DNA of 64,000 bases, taken from a virus. Taxonomy: Duplodnaviria; Caudoviricetes. A program made the position numbers and the translations under genes. The notes beneath the pieces are model-generated. The model was not told the DNA's origin. It saw only the letters and a list, made by a program, of their open reading frames with translations, and did not search any database. Positions 43,424 through 51,177 of this stretch are shown piece after piece. The stretch spans positions 4,792 to 68,791 of IMG/VR virus record IMGVR_UViG_3300031965_000935. One strand, given 5' to 3'. Every line of letters starts with the position of its first letter. Position 1 is the stretch's first letter.

Positions 43424-43774
43424 ATGCCTGTAAGACCACTTTTACAACATAGTAGAGAGGTTATGATTACGGACATATTGGACGTAAACATTACAGGCGG
43501 CGCTTTTGCTCAAAAAGGCAATAAAAATTTCAAAGCTGTTTTGCTTGGTATTACACCAGTTGAAATATTATCAGCAAACATTGGACGCAAGACAGCTTTC
43601 ATCCAAAATATAGGCAAACAGATTGCTTATTTGGCTGAAAATTCAGCCTTGAGCATAGCTGCCAGTTTCTTATTGAAGCCAGATGAAATCCTGGAAGATA
43701 ATTTTTCTGTTTCGGCCTGGTGGGGAATTACAGCCAAGGGAGTTACAGAATTACGAATAATCGAAGTAACCTAG
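43424..43774 (+). CDS. AT-rich beta-rich hypothetical (possible virion accessory)
   Basis: 116-aa ORF; start may be the internal ATG. Confidence 0.5.
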   Translation: MPVRPLLQHSREVMITDILDVNITGGAFAQKGNKNFKAVLLGITPVEILSANIGRKTAFIQNIGKQIAYLAENSALSIAASFLLKPDEILEDNFSVSAWWGITAKGVTELRIIEVT

Positions 43775-43795
43775 TGGAAGTGGTAAAGGTGACAA

Positions 43796-44050
43796 ATGGC
43801 GAATCAGATGAGCAATCAACAGCAAACGGCACTCGACGACTATCTGGCCTTTTGGGATGAGAAAAGCTTTATGGAAATCGAGCGCGCTGACCCTGAAGCG
43901 GCGGCGCGGATTCGGCAACTGGTAAACCTTGGTTTTACGCCTCAACAAATTTCAAGGGAACTGGTTAAACATTCGCCTCAACGCTGGATCGAATCACAGC
44001 AGGTCTTGCAGGCGGCGCGCTATCTGGCCCGTGAAAAGGCCAGGGGCTGA
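43796..44050 (+). CDS. hypothetical protein
   Basis: 84-aa ORF. Confidence 0.55.
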   Translation: MANQMSNQQQTALDDYLAFWDEKSFMEIERADPEAAARIRQLVNLGFTPQQISRELVKHSPQRWIESQQVLQAARYLAREKARG

Positions 44051-44051
44051 T

Positions 44052-44432
44052 ATGACTTACCGAATCGGGATCGGAGAAACTCTGGACACGATTCAATGGG
44101 GCGAATGGGTGACAGAGCTGGGGGAGAATCAGAGCATGACCCTGGTCTTTGATTCTGTGCCCGGTTTTATTCCCCCCACCGATCCGGATCCCCTGGTCAA
44201 TTTCGGCAGGCTCAATTGTGTCATTGTCTCGGTTAACGCCTGGGCCTTGTTTGGCCGCCACCTCTATGTGACAATCAAGGGGCAAGGCAAGACTTTTGAG
44301 TATCGGGCCAAAAATATCATAGACGCTAAAAATTTCATCGAGCGGGTTTTGACCGCTGAATTTTCGGGCTGCGAAGTTTTGACTGAAGGGGATACTATTG
44401 TCCCCTTTGCTTACCACCATGAGGGAGACTGA
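44052..44432 (+). CDS. hypothetical protein
   Basis: MTYRIGIG...; part of track ORF 43929..44432. Confidence 0.55.
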   Translation: MTYRIGIGETLDTIQWGEWVTELGENQSMTLVFDSVPGFIPPTDPDPLVNFGRLNCVIVSVNAWALFGRHLYVTIKGQGKTFEYRAKNIIDAKNFIERVLTAEFSGCEVLTEGDTIVPFAYHHEGD

Positions 44433-44434
44433 CC

Positions 44435-45154
44435 ATGACGCAGCCCTTTTTCCCCTATCTGACCACTGGGACGGCTATCCTAACCGATGATATTTTCACA
44501 GTCTATGGCGGCCAGACCGGGACCAGCACCCCAGCGCAACGGGCGGCGGCCTATCAGATAGCGGAGCAATTCGCTATTCAAGAGGTCGGGACTTTCCTGG
44601 TCGAAACCCGCGTGACCGGGACCTTCGCCTGGCCGGAAGCCAGCCAGCGCATTTTGTTACCACATACCCATGTCCGGTCAGTTGCCAGCCTGACAGCGAT
44701 TCACGATTCGGGCTGTAACTGTGAGGCCGATTCGATAGAATTGGCCGCCTGTGCCTGGATCGTGGATTATCAAGCGGGGATTGTAGACCTGGAGCAATGC
44801 GCGGATGGGGCGGCCAGCGGGGGGGCCTGTTGCTCCTGTTCATTCAGGACGGCCGGCGGACCAAAAACCTACCGCATTGTCTACAATGCCGGCCTGGCCG
44901 CTGGCCTAGTGGCGGCTAATGCGCCCGCCCTCATGGGCCTGGTAACGGCGGCTGACCTGGCCCTGGAGCAGATCATAGACCCGGCAGGGGCGGAAGGGGG
45001 GCCGGGCGACCCAAGCCTGACTAGCTTCAGCGATACTGGCTACTCGGCCAGCCGCCAATTTTTGCGGATGACCGCCTTTGGCGGATCACCCCGGGCAAAT
45101 TTTGCTGCCCGGATGTTAAGCCATTTGAAATATAAGCGGGGGATGACCTTATGA
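44435..45154 (+). CDS. head-tail adaptor (putative)
   Basis: Position; YRIVYNAG; Cys-rich insert; SFSDTGYS.S. Confidence 0.6.
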   Translation: MTQPFFPYLTTGTAILTDDIFTVYGGQTGTSTPAQRAAAYQIAEQFAIQEVGTFLVETRVTGTFAWPEASQRILLPHTHVRSVASLTAIHDSGCNCEADSIELAACAWIVDYQAGIVDLEQCADGAASGGACCSCSFRTAGGPKTYRIVYNAGLAAGLVAANAPALMGLVTAADLALEQIIDPAGAEGGPGDPSLTSFSDTGYSASRQFLRMTAFGGSPRANFAARMLSHLKYKRGMTL

Positions 45155-45363
45155 TCGTTCCGCAAACTGAAACCAGGGGCGGTTTCCTGGGCTATGACCA
45201 GGACGGAGAAGGGATTCGGACAATTCTCAGGCGGATCGGCCTGAGCCAGCATAGCGCCGATGACCTGCGGCTGCTCAGAGAAGAAGTTGATCAGCTTTTA
45301 GTCGCCCGGCGGCAGTTGAATCGAATAAAGCAGGTTCTACAGGGGATGGTACTGTACGATTAG
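45151..45363 (+). CDS. hypothetical protein
   Basis: Coupled ORF. Confidence 0.5.
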   Translation: MIVPQTETRGGFLGYDQDGEGIRTILRRIGLSQHSADDLRLLREEVDQLLVARRQLNRIKQVLQGMVLYD

Positions 45364-45614
45364 TTGAAATCGGCCGCCTGGTTTGGCCAGAGTATTACCA
45401 CCGGATTAGCTATCAGATGCTCTAGCAGGCAAAGGCAGACCGCCTCCGGGTCTATACCTTCCAGATGGATTTTCAAGGTTGGAAAATCCTCATGGGAAAC
45501 ACAGTGACCTGTTGCCGGGATATTGCGCCAGGTCTGGGCACAAACCGGACAGGTCAGATTTAGACCCCGAATTGTTATAGGCAGGCCGATGATCGGAAAA
45601 ATCAGGTTAGTCAT
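45360..45614 (-). CDS. possible Cys/His-rich solitary antisense gene
   Basis: MTNLIFP...CPVC...HC..H; TATAAT 7 nt before the ATG; fills an otherwise empty gap. Confidence 0.35.
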   Translation of the reverse strand: MTNLIFPIIGLPITIRGLNLTCPVCAQTWRNIPATGHCVSHEDFPTLKIHLEGIDPEAVCLCLLEHLIANPVVILWPNQAADFN

Positions 45615-45632
45615 AGAGGAAATTATAGTCTT

Positions 45633-45875
45633 ATGAAGTTCACCCGCAAGAAACCAAAACCGAAAATTGCTACTTGTGAACAGCGCCTGGCGCTGCTGGC
45701 TCAGGAACTTGGGGTCGCTGGGGCTGTGGTACTGGTCAATGACTACGGATTTACCAGAGAGCAGGCCAATGAGTGGCTCGGTAAGATGGTCGAGCAGGCC
45801 CGGACGAATCGGCTCATGCTGGCGGCTAACACCGTCCTGGCTACCCATGACCTCAAGAAACAAGGGAAAATATGA
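45633..45875 (+). CDS. hypothetical protein
   Basis: GAGGA RBS; coupled to the next gene. Confidence 0.55.
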   Translation: MKFTRKKPKPKIATCEQRLALLAQELGVAGAVVLVNDYGFTREQANEWLGKMVEQARTNRLMLAANTVLATHDLKKQGKI

Positions 45876-46243
45876 TTGCCGGACTGCATCTCAAGGTAGA
45901 CATTATTGGCATCGTCAACCTAGTTGATGACACAATAGGCGGCGCGCGCACCACGGGGACGGTACGTCATGCGGACATTCAAGGCGTCTTGACCCCCCGG
46001 CGGCCAAGTCAGGCCGCTTTAGAGGCGGGGCTAGAAACGGATGCCATCTACGATTTTACAACGCGGGCGCAAAACGTTACCCTGAATGAGCGGGATGAAA
46101 TAGAGGTGACATGGCCGCCGACCAGCGCCCTCTACGGATTGCGATTCCGGGTGACGGGGGTCCAGCCGGGCCGGGGGCGGGCCAGGTATGCGCCTATGCA
46201 TGCCACAACTAGCCGGATCCGGGCCAGCCGGAGTAGCCAATGA
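45872..46243 (+). CDS. head closure/stopper protein (putative)
   Basis: DDTIGG, V..DIQGVL, ERDEIEV, FRVTGVQ. Confidence 0.6.
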   Translation: MIAGLHLKVDIIGIVNLVDDTIGGARTTGTVRHADIQGVLTPRRPSQAALEAGLETDAIYDFTTRAQNVTLNERDEIEVTWPPTSALYGLRFRVTGVQPGRGRARYAPMHATTSRIRASRSSQ

Positions 46244-46249
46244 GGAAAC

Positions 46250-46278
46250 AAAAAGGACTCTCAGAGAGAGTCCTTTTT
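46250..46278. terminator. bidirectional terminator
   Basis: aaaaaggactctc/gagtccttttt. Confidence 0.75.
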
Positions 46279-46294
46279 ACCTCTTGTCTAAAGA

Positions 46295-46615
46295 TCAATT
46301 TTTCCCGAAATAGACCTCTTTACTAAACTGGTTGAAGTTGCCCCATTCTAAAACGTCATACGGCCCCAGAGTGCTCGTATTGATCTGGTAGCACCCCCAA
46401 TCGTTGATCTGAGCATAACTCGGAAACTCTTCTTTGCCTGTCCACTCTTGAATAATCTGGTGGCCTTGCTCCTCAGAAATTGGAAACACGGCCCAAGAAT
46501 CTAGCGGCTGCGAGGTAGTCTGGCGACTGTTGTATTCGTCATAAGAAAAGATGATCGCCAGTTCCTCATTGTCACTAATTATACATTTTACCAATTCTAC
46601 TTTGTTGATAACCAT
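46295..46615 (-). CDS. hypothetical protein (leftward cassette 4)
   Basis: AGGGAG RBS. Confidence 0.6.
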   Translation of the reverse strand: MVINKVELVKCIISDNEELAIIFSYDEYNSRQTTSQPLDSWAVFPISEEQGHQIIQEWTGKEEFPSYAQINDWGCYQINTSTLGPYDVLEWGNFNQFSKEVYFGKN

Positions 46616-46649
46616 GGTTTTGTCTCCCTGTTGAAAAGTTTTGAATCAG

Positions 46650-46725
46650 TGGAGGCGGGGGGAGTTGAACCCCCATACTGGCGGCGGCGCTTTGGCTTTT
46701 GCCGCCAGGCGAACCTTCCGCCCCC
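46650..46725 (-). ncRNA. 76-nt tRNA-like RNA resembling the tmRNA tRNA-like domain (Ala identity)
   Basis: GGGGGCG/CGCCTCC-A acceptor with G3-U70; GAAGGTTCGCC stemless D region; TGGCGGC/GCCGCCA helix; GGGGG-TTCAACT-CCCCC T arm. Confidence 0.7.
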
Positions 46726-46760
46726 TTTTAAGCCTGGATTCCTGGGGGATTAACTTTCTG

Positions 46761-47012
46761 TTAGAAACCTGATGGCTCTAGCACTTCTTCATCATCGAGC
46801 GACATCACTACCAGCGAGAATCCTGATCGCGAAATTCCGTCTGCCGCATCTTGAGCCTCGAGGATGGTAAGGAACCATTCCCCTGTCCAAGCCTCTTTTT
46901 CTACATTGAATATTCCATACTTTGCGCCCTCTGGCGCATCAGGTACCTGCACCTTCCAATCCCGCCAATCGGCGGCTATTTCTGCCATCAGATTAGGTGT
47001 GACTATCATCAT
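46761..47012 (-). CDS. acidic hypothetical protein
   Basis: 83-aa ORF. Confidence 0.55.
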   Translation of the reverse strand: MMIVTPNLMAEIAADWRDWKVQVPDAPEGAKYGIFNVEKEAWTGEWFLTILEAQDAADGISRSGFSLVVMSLDDEEVLEPSGF

Positions 47013-47372
47013 TTAATCCCCCTCCCTGCTTTTGGCCCAGGCCCTGGGGTCTGAAATCCCCTGAAACCTGACTTTGTGATAAGCCATCAGAGCGGCCTTT
47101 TCTTCTGCTGACAAATCGGCCACCTTGAGGCTCAGTAACTGATTAGCCGCCAGGCGGTCAAGTTTGGCCGCCACGCGATAATCGCCTTCGATGGCGGCGG
47201 CAAATTCGACATATCTTTCATAATCAACGCCAAGGTATTCGAGGTTGGATTCGTCCTCCGGGCCTTCTGGCTCCGGGAAAAGCCGAAGGGCTTCTTCTAG
47301 TTCTAGTTTTCTAAGTTTCAATTCGGTTGCTTTCGAGATTTTATTTAACATTAGAGGTTTCCTTTCAATCAC
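47013..47372 (-). CDS. hypothetical protein
   Basis: 119-aa ORF. Confidence 0.55.
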   Translation of the reverse strand: MIERKPLMLNKISKATELKLRKLELEEALRLFPEPEGPEDESNLEYLGVDYERYVEFAAAIEGDYRVAAKLDRLAANQLLSLKVADLSAEEKAALMAYHKVRFQGISDPRAWAKSREGD

Positions 47373-47868
47373 TCATGCGGTCGTAGCAATCAGGGCAAGA
47401 CGATCCCTGGCTGGTAGACATGACCAGGTTTTGAGAGATAGTGTGTCCGCAGGCGCAACGCACCGTTTTGGCGGGTTTTTGGCGCGCTTTCTGGGCGTCA
47501 ATTTTCCGCTGGTGGGCCTCGCCGTATTCGGCGTCAAATTTGGCGCGAGTGGTGGTGTCCCACCCGTTGCGGTCACTCTCGTAGGAGGCGTAACCGCGAT
47601 AGTAACCGAGATTGTAGGTATTTTCGGTTCGTTCCTCTGAGTAATCCAGGCCGCGTGCTTTATCCACGCGCCCTTGCCAGATGCCCAGTTGATATTCGCG
47701 GGTTTGTGTCATCTGACCCAGGATGTAATCCCGCTTGAGGATTCCCCAGGGCTTGTGTTCTTTTTTGCCGCGAGCCTGGAAGTGCTCATCGGAGGGCATT
47801 TCGGGCGAGCCAAATTTTTGCCACTTTGCTTCTTGTTTTTTGTTTGCCTGGTACATTTTCCGCGCCAT
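47365..47868 (-). CDS. hypothetical protein with C-terminal zinc ribbon
   Basis: CACGH...CPDC; first gene after the promoter. Confidence 0.65.
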   Translation of the reverse strand: MARKMYQANKKQEAKWQKFGSPEMPSDEHFQARGKKEHKPWGILKRDYILGQMTQTREYQLGIWQGRVDKARGLDYSEERTENTYNLGYYRGYASYESDRNGWDTTTRAKFDAEYGEAHQRKIDAQKARQKPAKTVRCACGHTISQNLVMSTSQGSSCPDCYDRMSD

Positions 47869-47890
47869 TAGTTTTCACCTTTATATCTCA

Positions 47891-47974
47891 AATTTACTAT
47901 CAAGAACATTATACTACGAATAGTAATATCTGTCAAGGGTTTTAAGGAAACTCATAGGCGAGTTTTCCGCCAAG
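47891..47974 (-). promoter_or_regulatory. second copy of the 85-bp promoter block
   Basis: TTGACA(47936-31)-17-TATAAT(47913-08). Confidence 0.85.
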
Positions 47975-48006
47975 TTTGCTTGGTTTCTCAGAGATTGGGT
48001 GGTGGC

Positions 48007-48070
48007 TTGAAAAAATAACCGGGTAATGCTATAATCAAACGCGAAGGGCTGCAACCGCAGCCCTTTTTTT
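48007..48070 (+). promoter_or_regulatory. late tail-operon promoter with immediate terminator-like hairpin
   Basis: TTGAAA-17-TATAAT; same 45 bp as 23755-23799. Confidence 0.8.
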
Positions 48071-48141
48071 ATTGATGTCGAGCCTGCCGACTTCGGCGAG
48101 CTCAGACTTCGGTGAGCTCAGTCGAACCGTCGAGCCGAAAC

Positions 48142-48591
48142 ATGGTCGAATCTAGCGGTAAAGTTTCATCTGGACAAGTCCGAAACCTGGCCTTAGCCGG
48201 CTTAGATCGCGGCCTCATTCTTTCCGGTCACCTGGTCGCGCAACGGGCCACCCAGCGTGCGCCCATTGACACCGGGAGGTTGAAGCGGTCTATTACCTCT
48301 GGCCGGCCCTATTCGGTCAGGCAATTGCGGGTAGTGGACGTGGGGACTAATGTTGAGTACGCCCGGATTCAGGAGTTTGGCGGCAAGACCGAGCCTCACG
48401 AAATTACCCCAAGATTCAAGAAGGCTTTGGCTTTTACCGTGGGCGGCATAAATGTCGTTGTCAAACGCATCCCCATGCACCCTGGTTCAAATATCCCGGC
48501 CCATCCCTACCTGCGCCCGGCTTTAGCAGCCTCAAAAAGAGAAATCAGAACGCTCATTGTCCGCTCAATTGTAGGGAGCATCAACTCATGA
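48142..48591 (+). CDS. HK97 gp10-like tail completion protein
   Basis: APIDTGRLKRSI, VGTNVEYA..QEFG, HPG..I.A.PYLRPA; start uncertain. Confidence 0.85.
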   Translation: MVESSGKVSSGQVRNLALAGLDRGLILSGHLVAQRATQRAPIDTGRLKRSITSGRPYSVRQLRVVDVGTNVEYARIQEFGGKTEPHEITPRFKKALAFTVGGINVVVKRIPMHPGSNIPAHPYLRPALAASKREIRTLIVRSIVGSINS

Positions 48592-49013
48592 TAAGCCCTG
48601 ACCTGGTACAGGCGGCCATCGTTGCCAAACTTCAGGCCGACGCGACCCTGCTGGCCTGGCTGACGGCCCTCTCCGCCGCCTCAGAGATACGCGAAAATCA
48701 GTGGCAGGGGGTATCGTTTGTCTACCCGGCCGTCCGGGTTGACCTGCTACCTCAGACCGAGCCGGGCAACCCGCCCTGTTACTCTCAGCAGCTTTTTAAT
48801 GTCTTTGCCTTTGCCGAGGGGGATTCTAGCCAAAATAGCGCGGTTTTAGCCGGGCTGATTGATGCAGCTTTAATCAGAAAGCAGATGATCGGGACGGGAT
48901 TCGCCACCGGACATATCATCAGCCTGGGATCTATACCTCCGCTCAGGACAGCGGAACGCATCTGGCAAGCGACCGGGCAGTATCAGATGAATGTCTACGG
49001 AGGGACATTTTGA
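48588..49013 (+). CDS. tail terminator (DUF3168-like)
   Basis: Q.AI...L.AD..L...YP.V; position. Confidence 0.65.
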   Translation: MISPDLVQAAIVAKLQADATLLAWLTALSAASEIRENQWQGVSFVYPAVRVDLLPQTEPGNPPCYSQQLFNVFAFAEGDSSQNSAVLAGLIDAALIRKQMIGTGFATGHIISLGSIPPLRTAERIWQATGQYQMNVYGGTF

Positions 49014-49062
49014 AAATCATTGTTCTGGTCCGCACTAGGCTCAATATTATAGGCTCAATATT

Positions 49063-49347
49063 ATGGCTAAGGTAAAAATCAAGGTCAAGCCAGCCGAATC
49101 CTTTTCAGTCCAGGTGACCACCGATGGTTCGGCAGGCTCATCATGGCCCCGGCTGCGCTGTATCGCCGATTCCCGGCTCATTGTCTCAGGCGAGCGTACC
49201 CCAAGCGGCCGGCGGTACGAATTTACAACAGGTCAGGAGCAGTCGGTCAACCCGGCTGATTATCATTTTCTTTTGGAGCTACAGGCTTATTCGAGTGATT
49301 GCTGCGGATCAAACGGTAAGCCTCAAAATTATTTTGAGGAGATTTGA
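49063..49347 (+). CDS. hypothetical tail-region protein
   Basis: 94-aa ORF. Confidence 0.55.
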   Translation: MAKVKIKVKPAESFSVQVTTDGSAGSSWPRLRCIADSRLIVSGERTPSGRRYEFTTGQEQSVNPADYHFLLELQAYSSDCCGSNGKPQNYFEEI

Positions 49348-49349
49348 TC

Positions 49350-49994
49350 ATGGCTTTAATCACTGGTACGCCTGTCGGTAATTTGATCGCAACTCAAAAC
49401 ATTTTTGTCGATACGCCGCCGACATTCTATTTTCAGGAAAACAAGACCGCGGCCGGGGCTACGGTCGGTCTGCTAAACAACCCTGATGCGGATGGATTCT
49501 ATTGGGGTCTCTCAGGCACCACGGAGAATCCTGTCTACGCCGGCGGCTGCTACGAAGGCTTCACCTTTACCGATGTCCGGGATGTCAACATGATTCGCTG
49601 TGACACGGAAGGTGACCAGGGAGCAATTCAGAAGCGTAACATGCTCCAGGTCGCGTTCACCCTGAAAGAATTTTTCAAACTGACCAAGTTAAGACACATG
49701 TTGAACCTGGGGGCCGTCACTACCACTGCCGGCGCGACCGAGAAAGTTGGGATCGGGCAGATAGACAATACCAAATATTACTATCTCTACTTCCCGACTG
49801 TTTACGATGAAAACACCGGCGATTACCTGGCCGTGACCCTCTTTAATGCCCAATTCACTGCGGCCTGGGCCATGAGTTTTGTCTACGGTCAACCGGCCAC
49901 GGTCACGATTCAGGCCAGCGGGTTCGCTGATAGCGTCAAACCGAGCGCACAGCGGTTCGGGGCTATTTTGAGGGCGGATCCGTCAGCTATATAG
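49350..49994 (+). CDS. major tail tube protein
   Basis: GAGGAG RBS; beta-rich; position between terminator and chaperones. Confidence 0.7.
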   Translation: MALITGTPVGNLIATQNIFVDTPPTFYFQENKTAAGATVGLLNNPDADGFYWGLSGTTENPVYAGGCYEGFTFTDVRDVNMIRCDTEGDQGAIQKRNMLQVAFTLKEFFKLTKLRHMLNLGAVTTTAGATEKVGIGQIDNTKYYYLYFPTVYDENTGDYLAVTLFNAQFTAAWAMSFVYGQPATVTIQASGFADSVKPSAQRFGAILRADPSAI

Positions 49995-50011
49995 TCAATA
50001 GTTACTAAACA

Positions 50012-50704
50012 ATGGACAATTTCTTGAGCGCCATTGACGACCGCCAGGGATGCTGGCTTTCCCTTGGCGGTCAGGAAAAGCTGAGCCTGTCGAAGCTGAG
50101 CCCGCTGAAATTTATCAGCCGGGCGCGCCTGGGGGCGCATCTTCAGTTGTTGCGACTTCAGGCGCGATTCAGTCAGGCGGCTGGCCCTGATGAACTGGCC
50201 CGATTGCTCGAGGATTATCTATCTCTGGCCGGGCTGAGTGAGGCTGACTTGAAGAGTCTGACCGGGGCTGACCTGCTGGAAACCTATCTGACCCTGGCTG
50301 GCCTCAACTCCTGGCAGTGGGTGCTGCCGTGGCTCAGGCCGCCAGACGCCCCAGGGCTAAAACCGCCAGAACATGCTAAAGAGCCGCCTTACCATTATGC
50401 CGGCCGCCATTGGGCTATCTGGATTCACAAGATCGCCTGGGCCTATGGCTGGTCGCGCGACCAGATTCTAAATCTCTGGCCAGAGGAGGCGGCGGCCTAC
50501 GTCCAGGAGATTATCATTGCCGAGTATGACCAGGCGGAAGAACAACGGGCCTTGTCAGAGCTTTCTTACCGTCACAACAAACATAGCAACCTGATGCAGT
50601 TCATCCCTCGGCCCAGACCTCATTGGATGGTTGATAATGCCCTACCGCCGCCAGTCAGAGTCAGGCGCGACATGCTGCCAGTCGGGAATGTCATTGAAAT
50701 TTAG
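50012..50704 (+). CDS. tail assembly chaperone-like protein
   Basis: Position; W...IA.AYGWSRDQILNL. Confidence 0.55.
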   Translation: MDNFLSAIDDRQGCWLSLGGQEKLSLSKLSPLKFISRARLGAHLQLLRLQARFSQAAGPDELARLLEDYLSLAGLSEADLKSLTGADLLETYLTLAGLNSWQWVLPWLRPPDAPGLKPPEHAKEPPYHYAGRHWAIWIHKIAWAYGWSRDQILNLWPEEAAAYVQEIIIAEYDQAEEQRALSELSYRHNKHSNLMQFIPRPRPHWMVDNALPPPVRVRRDMLPVGNVIEI

Positions 50705-50718
50705 TCATTAGTTACTAG

Positions 50719-51177
50719 TTGTTAGTAGTCCTCACAAATGACAAAGGACTAATGACAAAGGACAAATCTATGTTCTGGCCTTTTGTCAGGCGCAAATCTT
50801 ATGTTGTTTTTGGGGGGAAGCAGTTTATCGTTTCCCCCCTTGACTTAGAGGCGGCGGCTAAATTGCTCTGGCTACTCATGCCCTATATGCCTTTCCTTGA
50901 AACCCATTTGCCCCGGCTGCAGGCCGCCTTTCAGGGCAGGGAGTCCAGGGTACTGTCATCGCTCATGTTTGTTTTACGGGACGAGCTGCGGGAATCGCCG
51001 GGAGATATGATTAAGGTCATCGCCCTGTTATCAGGTACGGACCCAGAATGGCTGGCCCGCTCAGCGACTCCCCAGGAACTGATAGACGCCCTGCCCGTCC
51101 TGGACAAAGTACATAACCTTGGTCGCCTGGCCCAGTCAGTTTATCAAACAGGTCTGACGTTTAATGTTTCTGCTTAG
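50719..51177 (+). CDS. tail assembly chaperone-like protein
   Basis: Position before the tape measure; start likely at an internal ATG. Confidence 0.5.
   Translation: MLVVLTNDKGLMTKDKSMFWPFVRRKSYVVFGGKQFIVSPLDLEAAAKLLWLLMPYMPFLETHLPRLQAAFQGRESRVLSSLMFVLRDELRESPGDMIKVIALLSGTDPEWLARSATPQELIDALPVLDKVHNLGRLAQSVYQTGLTFNVSA

Noticed and set aside
46650-46725. Ordinary tRNA-Ala, or simply an attP core
   Set aside because: No D stem or 7-nt anticodon loop. Both matching ends are present rather than only a 3' fragment, and there is no integrase in the window. Not fully excluded.
5478-50765. Recurrent GTCATT/TTCGAC repeats as a CRISPR array
   Set aside because: Copies are dispersed and degenerate with no regular repeat-spacer period, and no cas gene is visible.
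50805-50818. TTTTTGGGGGGAAG as a programmed frameshift site
   Set aside because: Not a canonical slippery heptamer, and it lies near the start of the ORF rather than the end.
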